Source: Alkalilimnicola ehrlichii MLHE-1
GTDB taxonomy: Bacteria; Pseudomonadota; Gammaproteobacteria; Nitrococcales; Halorhodospiraceae
Direction of reading: 5' to 3'
NCBI RefSeq assembly: GCF_000014785.1
Contig: NC_008340.1
Location: 2,310,001 to 2,342,000 of the forward strand
DNA length: 32,000 nucleotides
A model generated the notes under the pieces. The model was not told the DNA's origin and did not search any database. It saw only the letters and a program-made list of their open reading frames with translations. Position 1 is the stretch's first letter. Each line of letters starts with the position of its first letter. The translations under genes and the position numbers were made by a program. Shown piece after piece: positions 24,879-32,000 of the stretch.

Positions 24879-25259
24879 ATGAATACGTCAGCTCTCAACC
24901 CCTACGCCATGCCATTGCAGCGGCTGCTGGTCAGCCCGCTGAAGGCACTGACCGGGCTCACCCTGGTCTACCTCGAGCGGTTGATGCTGGAGCAGCTGGA
25001 CAGCGCCCAGCGGCAGCACACCCAAGTCATCGAACTGGCACGCCAGGGCCTGCCCGTGACCACCGGGGACGAGCCGCAGGCCCTGTTACACGCCCAGGAG
25101 CAGGCCTTGCGCCGCTGGCAGGACGAGGTCCTGGGCGCGGCCAAGGTCCAGGCCCGCCTGCATGCGCTCTACCTGGAGCACGTACAGATTCTGAACCGGC
25201 ACACTTCCGAAGGCCTCTCCCAGGCGCTGCGCCACGAGCCCGCACGCCAAGCCGCCTGA
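24879..25259 (+). CDS. hypothetical alpha-helical protein (possibly phasin-like)
   Basis: The ORF opens at 24837; ATG at 24879 (MNTSALNPY) is more plausible. It is Gln/Leu/Ala-rich with helical character. The phasin-like call rests on composition only, with no firm motif. Confidence 0.4.
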   Translation: MNTSALNPYAMPLQRLLVSPLKALTGLTLVYLERLMLEQLDSAQRQHTQVIELARQGLPVTTGDEPQALLHAQEQALRRWQDEVLGAAKVQARLHALYLEHVQILNRHTSEGLSQALRHEPARQAA

Positions 25260-25349
25260 TCCACGGGCCGGGGGACACCCCGGCCCGCCCCTGTCTCCCG
25301 TTAGCGAAAACCGCCATAATCCCCTTTTCAGCACAGTCAGGGAGTGGCT

Positions 25350-26678
25350 ATGGCGGCGGATCATCACTGGTATGCCAATCCGACACTGGACAAGGCCTAC
25401 CGGACGCTGGTGGACGAGGAGGATGCGCGGGTCTGCCGCGACATCAGTGACGAAGCCTGTCAGGTGGTGCCGGGCAACTTTTTCCTGCAGATCCTCAGCC
25501 ATTTCTTCACCAAGCTGGGTGATGCGGTGGCCAACCCGAAGACGGTGCTCGCCTGGCTGCTCAGCGCGCTCTCGGCCCCGGGCTTTTTCACCGCCCTGCT
25601 GGTGCCCATCCGCGAGTCCGGCTCGCTGATCCCGCAACTGTTCATCGCCAGCTACGTGCGGCGCCTGGCGCGACGCCAATGGGCCTTCGTCGTCGGTTGT
25701 ATCCTGCAGGCGGTGGCGGTACTGGCCATGGCCCTGATCGCGGTGGGCCTGGAGGGCGCCGCCGCGGGCACCGCGTTGATCGGCGCACTGGTACTGTTCA
25801 GCCTAGCCCGCGGGCTCTGCTCTGTGGCCTCCAAAGACGTGCTCGGTAAGACCGTGCCCAAGACCCGGCGCGGCCAGGTCAACGGCTGGTCCGCCTCCGC
25901 GGCCGGCCTGGTGACCATCGGCGTGGGCGCCCTGTTGCTGCTGGGAGGGGGCAGCCCTGGCGAGACCGGCATCTATCTGTTGCTGCTCGGCGGGGCGGCC
26001 CTGCTCTGGCTGCTGGCGGCGGCCGGCTATGGCGCGATTCGTGAGTACCCCGGGGCCACCTCCGGCGGCGGCAATGCCTTCACCGAGGCCGTCCAGCGCC
26101 TGGACCGGTTGCGCACCGACGAGCCCTTCCGGCGCTTTGTCATCGCCCGCGCCCTGCTGCTCTGCTCGGCGCTCACCGCCCCCTTTATCATCATGCTGGC
26201 CCATGAGCAGACCGGGGGCGCGGCGCTGGTCCTGGGCCTGTTTGTCATCGCAGATGGCCTGGCGAGCCTGGTCTCCGCCCCCTTCTGGGGCCGGTTCGCC
26301 GACACCTCCAGCCGGCGGGTGATGGTGGTCGCCGGGGCCGGCGCGGGGATGGTGGGCCTGGGACTGGTCCTGCTGGTCCAGGCGCTGCCGCCACTGGCGG
26401 GCAGCGCCTGGCTGTACCCGCTGTTCTTCTTCCTGCTGGCCATCGCCCACGCCGGCGTGCGGCTGGGCCGGAAGACCTACGTGGTGGACCTGGCGGGTGG
26501 GGACAAACGCACCGATTACGTGGCGGTCAGTAATACGGTGATCGGGGTGGTGCTCCTGCTGATGGGGGGGGTCGGATTGCTGACGGCGGTGATACCGGTC
26601 TCCGGCGTCATCCTCATCCTGTCAGGGATGGGGATCGCCGGGGCTTGGCTGTCCGCCCGCCTGCCCGAGGTCACCTGA
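25350..26678 (+). CDS. MFS-type transporter
   Basis: ~442 aa with about 12 hydrophobic segments and an MFS-like loop (GRFADTSSRRV). ATG at 25350 lies 5 nt after AGGGAG. Confidence 0.8.
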   Translation: MAADHHWYANPTLDKAYRTLVDEEDARVCRDISDEACQVVPGNFFLQILSHFFTKLGDAVANPKTVLAWLLSALSAPGFFTALLVPIRESGSLIPQLFIASYVRRLARRQWAFVVGCILQAVAVLAMALIAVGLEGAAAGTALIGALVLFSLARGLCSVASKDVLGKTVPKTRRGQVNGWSASAAGLVTIGVGALLLLGGGSPGETGIYLLLLGGAALLWLLAAAGYGAIREYPGATSGGGNAFTEAVQRLDRLRTDEPFRRFVIARALLLCSALTAPFIIMLAHEQTGGAALVLGLFVIADGLASLVSAPFWGRFADTSSRRVMVVAGAGAGMVGLGLVLLVQALPPLAGSAWLYPLFFFLLAIAHAGVRLGRKTYVVDLAGGDKRTDYVAVSNTVIGVVLLLMGGVGLLTAVIPVSGVILILSGMGIAGAWLSARLPEVT

Positions 26679-28865
26679 GGTCGGCCCCCGTGCCCCGGGG
26701 CCATCGTCACCGCAGGGCCCACCGCTGTCGCTCTCCATGCGCACGCTGAGCCGGGGCGCGGCCACATCGATGCCCCGCTCCTCCATCAACCGCTTGAGCC
26801 GCAGGTTGAAGCCCCGCGCCACGTCCCACTGCCACTCCGGGGCCGTGCGCATACGCACCCGGAGGATCGCGCCCCCCTCGTCGAAGCGCTCCACCCCCTG
26901 GACCTCCAGACCCGACCAGACCCGGAAGCCCAGGAAGCTGTCCCGGCGCAAGTCAGCGGCCACCTCGCGCAGCAGGGCGATGGTGTCGTCGACACCCATC
27001 ACCGGCGGCACCCGGACCCGGATCAAGGCGATACCGAACTGACGGGACATGTTGTGGATGGCCTGGATCTGGCTGAAGGTGATGATGTGCAGGACACCGT
27101 CCAGATCACGCAGACGCACGGTGCGCAGGGTGAGCCCCTCGACGGTGCCCATATGGCCCTCGATCTCCACGAAGTCGTCCACCGCCAGTGAATCCTCGAT
27201 GAGGATGAAGATCCCGGTGATCACGTCCTGGACCAGCTTCTGGGCGCCAAAGCCCAGGGCAAGGCCCACCACACCGGCCCCGGCGAGCAGCGGCGTCACG
27301 TTGACCCCGAGATTGGCCAGCACCGCGATACCGGTCAGCACCAGGATCAGGCTGAACAGGATGTTACGTAGCATGGGGGTGACCGTCTGCACCCGCGCCA
27401 CGTTCACCCGCCGGCCGCGGGCCCGCGCCGTGGAGGTCAGCGCCCGCTGGATGGCGGTATCGGCCAGGATCCAGACCAGCCAGGCAAGCAATACCGTGAC
27501 CACCACGGCGAGCACGGTCTGGCCCAGTTGCGCCGCGACGCCCTTGCCGCCCAGACCCACCAGGGTGCCACCCCAGACCTGCAGGGTCAGTTCGACGAAC
27601 GCCACCCAGATGACCAGATGCAGCAGGGTGTGCCCAAACCGCTCCAGGCGCTCCCGGTAGAGGGTCATCCGACGCCGGGTCATCCGCCGCTCGCCCTGGC
27701 GTCGGAGCAGGCGGGTCACGACCAACGTAAGCACCAGGAGGGCGGCGCTGATCATTGCCCGGGTCACCGCGGCCCCGGGATCGCCGGCCTCCATCAGCAC
27801 CGCCAGCACTGAGGCGCCAACCAGCACCAGCGCCGGGATGTGCCAGACATTGCCCAGCAGCCGCAACACGTCGTCGGCGGTGCTCCAATGGTGACGCTGC
27901 GAGTAGGGGCGGTTGACCAGCAGGTGGCGCACCGGCCGTTTGAACCAGACCACGAATGCCCCCGCCAGAATCGCTGCCGCCAGGCTGGCCAGCAACGAGA
28001 TCAGCTCGGCCAGTTCCGGCCCCAGGAATCCGGCCACCCGCTGGCTGTCCAGGGCATCGGCCAGGGCGACCAGGACACCGATAGCCGACAGCAGGCCCAG
28101 GGAACGCTCACGCAGGATGCGCACCGCCACCCGGCGGTGACCGCGGGTGTAGAGCGAGAATACGGTCTCCGCGGCCAGCGCCAGCAGACGACCGAGGAGC
28201 GCCACGTAGGCGACCACCAGCGCCGCCGCATGGCCGGGTGAGGTCGGCAGGAACTGGTTGAGGCCCAGGATCAGCGCGAAGGCCAGCGCCCAGGGCAGCA
28301 CCCGCCGGGTGAAATGCACCACCAGGAGAAAGACGCGGGCCTCATTGGGCAGACGCAGTGGCCAGTCCTGCCGCCGGTCGAGCAATCGGGCCAAGCCCAT
28401 GAGCAGGAACAGGGTGAACACCCAGAGGGCGAGCAAAACCCCGGCATCCAACAGAAACTGCCCCACCGCTCCGGACCCGGCCTCGGCGAACAACCGGCCC
28501 AGGTCATCGCGCGCCGCCTCGAAGCGCTCGGACCAGGACTCGATGGGCGCCTCCCCCGCCTGTGCCATCTCCCGCAGTTCGCTCAGCCCCTCCCCCAGCA
28601 CCCCGAGGACACCCTGCCGGCCAGGAGCGTCCAAAAGGTCCTGGTCCTCGCCCAACACCGCCCGCAGCCGACGCAGGTCCTGCAGCAGCAGATCCCGCTG
28701 CTCCCCGTCCTCCAGGGTCTGGATGACGTCGTCCAGCGACTCCAGCGCCGACTCCCGCTGCTCAGGTTCCTGACCGCCGGCCACCGATACGGGCGCCGTT
28801 GCCGCCCCCAGCAGCAGGGTCAGCAGGACCAGAAACAGAGACAGGAGACGGCGGCATTCCGGCAT
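26622..28865 (-). CDS. large MscS-family mechanosensitive channel (MscK/MscM-like, N-terminal signal peptide)
   Basis: The core LLAGAGVVGLALGFGAQKLVQDVITGIFILIEDSLAVDDFVEIEGHMGTVEGLTLRTVRLRDLDG is the MscS pore helix/beta domain. Multiple upstream TM helices are present, along with a signal-like N-terminus. Confidence 0.85.
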   Translation of the reverse strand: MPECRRLLSLFLVLLTLLLGAATAPVSVAGGQEPEQRESALESLDDVIQTLEDGEQRDLLLQDLRRLRAVLGEDQDLLDAPGRQGVLGVLGEGLSELREMAQAGEAPIESWSERFEAARDDLGRLFAEAGSGAVGQFLLDAGVLLALWVFTLFLLMGLARLLDRRQDWPLRLPNEARVFLLVVHFTRRVLPWALAFALILGLNQFLPTSPGHAAALVVAYVALLGRLLALAAETVFSLYTRGHRRVAVRILRERSLGLLSAIGVLVALADALDSQRVAGFLGPELAELISLLASLAAAILAGAFVVWFKRPVRHLLVNRPYSQRHHWSTADDVLRLLGNVWHIPALVLVGASVLAVLMEAGDPGAAVTRAMISAALLVLTLVVTRLLRRQGERRMTRRRMTLYRERLERFGHTLLHLVIWVAFVELTLQVWGGTLVGLGGKGVAAQLGQTVLAVVVTVLLAWLVWILADTAIQRALTSTARARGRRVNVARVQTVTPMLRNILFSLILVLTGIAVLANLGVNVTPLLAGAGVVGLALGFGAQKLVQDVITGIFILIEDSLAVDDFVEIEGHMGTVEGLTLRTVRLRDLDGVLHIITFSQIQAIHNMSRQFGIALIRVRVPPVMGVDDTIALLREVAADLRRDSFLGFRVWSGLEVQGVERFDEGGAILRVRMRTAPEWQWDVARGFNLRLKRLMEERGIDVAAPRLSVRMESDSGGPCGDDGPGARGPTSGDLGQAGGQPSPGDPHP

Positions 28866-28967
28866 GGGCGGGACATCTGAGCGGCAGCGGTGATTGCCAG
28901 CAGTCTAACGCACCCGTCTCCTTGGGGCGTCTTCGGCTTATCGGGCGGAGCGGGCCTGGCGTGGGGC

Positions 28968-29984
28968 TCAGACCAATCGTGCCAGCTCGTCTTGACCGGG
29001 CGGCGCCAACGGCCCGCAGCCGGTCTCCGTGCACCAGATAACCGCTGCCGGCCCCGCCTCGACGCCGCCGATATCGGCGCAGGGGATGTCAGAGCCGTCC
29101 AGTGCCTGTCGCACCGCCGGCGCCTCAGCAGCCGGCACCGCCAACAGCAGCGCGCCGGAGGCGATGGTCGCCAGGGGGTCCAGACCGAGATGGCTACAGA
29201 TCCGGCGCGACAGTGCCGGCACCGGGATCGCTCCCGCCTCCACCCGCAGACGACGCCCGCTGGCCTGCGCCAGCTCCCACAGTGCCGCCTTCACGCCCCC
29301 CTCCGTGGGGTCGTGCATGGCATTGACCCGCCCCGCCGCCAGGGCAATGCGGGCGTCCGCCACCACGCTGATCCCCGGCCGCTCCAGGAACGCCGCCGCC
29401 GCGTCCAACTCCGCCACGCTGAAGCGGTCCGCCAGCCGCGCCCGGCAATCGCTGGCCAGGATCGCCGTCCCCTCCAACGGCACGCCCTTGGTCAGCAGGA
29501 GCCGATCGCCCGGTCGGGCACCCTGCGGCGTCACCAGCCGCGCCTCGGTCACCTCGCCCAGCAGGGCGCCGACCGCCACCGGCCGGGTGACCGCCGTGGT
29601 CACCTCCGTGTGTCCACCGATCAGTGCGATCCCCAACCGCTCACAGGCCTCGCTGATCTGTCCCATGAGCTGCTCCGGGAGGGCCCGCGGCGTGCCTCCG
29701 GCCGGCAGCAACAGCGTGACCAGCAACCAGCGCGGCGTAGCACCGGTGGTGGCGACATCGTTGGCATTCACCTGGACCAGGTAGTGGCCCAGGTCATCGG
29801 CCACGAAGGTGATGGGGTCGGACTTGCAGACCAGCAGGTGCCCACCGTGGCGGACCACGGCACAGTCCAGCCCGACCCCCGGCCCCATCACCACATCGGC
29901 GCCGGTGGGCGGCAGGCCCGCCAGCAGTCGGGCGAGCTGTTCCGGCGGCAGCTTGCCGCTCTCCAGCATGGGGTCGTCGGTCAT
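28968..29984 (-). CDS. AIR-synthase-related (PurM/HypE/ThiL-fold) ATP-binding protein
   Basis: GLDCAVV, DPITFVADDLGHYLVQVNANDVATTGATPRW, LIGGHTEV and MHDPTEGG. ATG at 29984 lies 8 nt after GGAGGAGG. The track ORF extension to 30401 was rejected. Confidence 0.8.
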   Translation of the reverse strand: MTDDPMLESGKLPPEQLARLLAGLPPTGADVVMGPGVGLDCAVVRHGGHLLVCKSDPITFVADDLGHYLVQVNANDVATTGATPRWLLVTLLLPAGGTPRALPEQLMGQISEACERLGIALIGGHTEVTTAVTRPVAVGALLGEVTEARLVTPQGARPGDRLLLTKGVPLEGTAILASDCRARLADRFSVAELDAAAAFLERPGISVVADARIALAAGRVNAMHDPTEGGVKAALWELAQASGRRLRVEAGAIPVPALSRRICSHLGLDPLATIASGALLLAVPAAEAPAVRQALDGSDIPCADIGGVEAGPAAVIWCTETGCGPLAPPGQDELARLV

Positions 29985-30240
29985 GGCATCGTCCCTCCTC
30001 CGTTCAGCGGACCGGGGCGTCCGCAGCGACCCGCCCCTTTTAGGCCGCCAGCCCGGGCAGGTCAACCGGTTGCCGGCTTCACACGCCGGCACCGGACGGG
30101 CACACTGAGCAGACCAACCAGGGGGGACGCCCATGTCCGACACCAGCCCGATTGCCACCCTCACCGCCGGCCTCTCGACCCTCACGCCCGCGATGGGCAC
30201 GCGCCTCGGTGTCATGGCCTGACGCGGGGCGGTCACCACC

Positions 30241-31614
30241 ATGGCAGCAGCGCCCAGCCCCCGTCGCCCGACCCTGAGGGCTCGCCTGCCGGGCGGCCCC
30301 CTGGCGATCTGGGGCGCCATCCTGTTCCTGGGGGTGATCGCCCTCGCCGTCACCTGGCAATTCGTGGAGCCGGCCCCGCCGCGGCAGGTGACCCTGGCCA
30401 CAGGGGCCCCCGGCGGTGCCTACGAACAGATCGGCGCCGGCTACGCCGAGTGGTTCGCCGACAAGGGGATCACCCTGGAGACGGTCGCCACCCAGGGGGC
30501 CACGGAGAACTGGCAGCGGCTGCTGGCCGGCGAGGTGGACGCCGCCATCGTGCAGGGCGGCACCGCCCCGGCCGGGGCCGGCGACCAGCTCGAGGGGCTG
30601 GTGAGTGTCGCCTACGAGCCGCTGTTCGTCTTCTACCGGGAGGACGCGCTGAATGCCGCCCACCTGCTGGGCGGCGACCCACCGGTGCCACAGCGACTGG
30701 AGACCCTTTCCGGGCTGCGCATCGCCATTGGCTCCGAGGGCAGCGGCACCCGGACCCTGGTCCGGACCCTGCTCGATGAGCTGGGTCTGGCCACGGACGA
30801 TGCAACCGACACCGCGTTGGTGGCTATCGGCGGCGAGGCCGCTGCGCGGGGATTGCTGGAGGGCAAACTGGGTGCGGCCGCCTTCGTCATGTCACCCACC
30901 GCCCCGCTGGTACAGCGCCTGCTGGCCGCCGAAGGCATCGGGGTGCTCAATCAGGCCCAGGCCCCCACCTTCACCCAGCGGCTGCCCTACCTGGCCACCG
31001 TCACCCTGCACGAGGGGGTGGTGGACCCGCGCCGCAACCTGCCCCCGCACCGGGTTCAGATGCTGGCGCCGGCCACCTACCTGGTCACCCGCAAGGACAC
31101 CCACCGCGCCATCGCACAGCTGCTGGTGGAGGCGGAGCAGCGCAGCCGCCGCATACACCTGGTGGGCAACGGGGATCAATTCCCGTCGCTGGCCCACATG
31201 GACATCCCGGTCTCCGACCAGGCCCGCTACTTCTTCCAGCGCGGCCCCGGGTTTCTGCACCGCCACCTGCCCTTCTGGGCCGCCTCGCTGGTGGATCGCC
31301 TGGCCATTCTCATCATCCCGCTGCTGACCATCATCATCCCCTTGGTGCGCATCGCCCCGGCGGCGGTGACCTGGAGCATGCGCCGGCGGATCTTCCGTTG
31401 GTACCGCCAGTTGCGGGTGATCGACGAGGAGCTGGGCCGGCCACAGCTGCCCGTCGCCCGGCTGGAGAGCAACCTGGCCCAGTTGAAGCAACTGGACCAC
31501 GACGTGTCCGGGACGGAGGTGCCGCTGTCCTACATGGAAGAGTTTTATAACCTGCGGCTGCACATCGCCTACATGCGCCAGCGGGTCCGCGAGCGCCTCG
31601 GCAACAGCGTCTGA
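30241..31614 (+). CDS. TAXI-family (TRAP-associated, COG2358-like) solute-binding protein with N- and C-terminal membrane anchors
   Basis: TLATGAPGGAYEQIGAGYAEWF...ETVATQGATENWQRLLAGEVDAAIVQGG is the TAXI signature. There is an N-terminal TM (LAIWGAILFLGVIALAV) and a C-terminal TM (LAILIIPLLTIIIPLV) followed by a helical tail. Confidence 0.8.
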   Translation: MAAAPSPRRPTLRARLPGGPLAIWGAILFLGVIALAVTWQFVEPAPPRQVTLATGAPGGAYEQIGAGYAEWFADKGITLETVATQGATENWQRLLAGEVDAAIVQGGTAPAGAGDQLEGLVSVAYEPLFVFYREDALNAAHLLGGDPPVPQRLETLSGLRIAIGSEGSGTRTLVRTLLDELGLATDDATDTALVAIGGEAAARGLLEGKLGAAAFVMSPTAPLVQRLLAAEGIGVLNQAQAPTFTQRLPYLATVTLHEGVVDPRRNLPPHRVQMLAPATYLVTRKDTHRAIAQLLVEAEQRSRRIHLVGNGDQFPSLAHMDIPVSDQARYFFQRGPGFLHRHLPFWAASLVDRLAILIIPLLTIIIPLVRIAPAAVTWSMRRRIFRWYRQLRVIDEELGRPQLPVARLESNLAQLKQLDHDVSGTEVPLSYMEEFYNLRLHIAYMRQRVRERLGNSV

Positions 31615-31615
31615 A

Positions 31616-32000
31616 TCACATTCGGTCCACATCCGCAGGGCGGAGCCCCACCACCTCGGCCAGACCCGGCTCGGCTTCCCAATGGATATCCAGGTCGTAG
31701 AGGCGTACTGCGTAGCGGCGTCGGGTGTCGCGCTGATAGGCCGGGCGCGGGTCGGCGGCCAGTACCGCCTCGATCAACGCCACCAGCCCTGGGTGGCGGC
31801 GTTCGGCCATCTCCGCCTCGCTGCGCGCCGTCGCCAGCCAGCGCACCGACAGGGCCGGCTGGGGGGCCCTGCCGGCAAAGCCGCCGGTGGCGTCCGGACA
31901 GGCATCGCAATAGGGCACATAGGGCTTCACGTCGAGCAGCGGGGTGCCGTCCAGCAGATCGGGCCCCCGTACCTGAATTGAGGCGCGCGCCCCGGACAGG
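31616..32000 (-). CDS. trmO: tRNA (t6A37 N6)-methyltransferase TrmO/TsaA (YaeB family), 5' end outside window
   Basis: The frame stays open to the window edge upstream of the track ORF: ...IQVRGPDLLDGTPLLDVKPYVPYCDA... This is the conserved LDGTPLLDIKPY motif of the YaeB/TrmO fold. Confidence 0.75.
   Translation of the reverse strand, partial: LSGARASIQVRGPDLLDGTPLLDVKPYVPYCDACPDATGGFAGRAPQPALSVRWLATARSEAEMAERRHPGLVALIEAVLAADPRPAYQRDTRRRYAVRLYDLDIHWEAEPGLAEVVGLRPADVDRM

Noticed and set aside
1-32000. Scan for tRNA/rRNA genes, CRISPR repeats, transposase/integrase genes, prophage or defence-island signatures
   Set aside because: I found no cloverleaf-like or rRNA-like segments, no regularly spaced short repeats, and no recombinase, restriction or toxin-like ORFs. 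Apart from the palindromic element at 2374-2576, the window looks like core chromosome.

Overview
High-GC (about two-thirds G+C by eye) proteobacterial chromosomal segment, densely coding. I support about 27 protein genes. I found no rRNA, tRNA, CRISPR array, transposase or integrase. All domain calls come from reading motifs in the supplied translations; no database search was run. Left to right: msrB (partial), cobB (Sir2), serB, a ~200-bp palindromic MITE-like element, an EAL phosphodiesterase, a cydA-cydB-sigma-54 activator unit, a TSUP/TauE permease coupled to a gamma-glutamyltransferase-family gene, an HDAC-type deacetylase, a ~10-kb cluster around DUF294 nucleotidyltransferases, a proline-racemase-family gene plus MDR oxidoreductase, an MFS transporter, an MscS-family channel, an AIR-synthase-related protein, a TAXI-type binding protein and trmO (partial). 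Two regions stand out. (1) 11.8-21.9 kb holds three paralogous DUF294 nucleotidyltransferases. It also holds an operon encoding a stand-alone receiver, a membrane HAMP-PAS-histidine-kinase-like protein that lacks the phospho-accepting His and ends in an intact DEDDh exonuclease, a cNMP/CBS/DUF294 protein, and a two-part Na+/solute symporter (DUF4212 plus VC_2705/ActP-like). This looks like an uncharacterised nucleotide-based signalling module tied to carboxylate uptake. (2) The short-Q-loop cytochrome bd oxidase operon is preceded by a near-consensus sigma-54 (-24/-12) promoter with upstream palindromes. It is followed 17 bp later by a Cys-rich PAS sigma-54 enhancer-binding protein, an unusual control logic for cydAB. 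Many long ORFs in the track are antisense shadows typical of high-GC DNA and were rejected.
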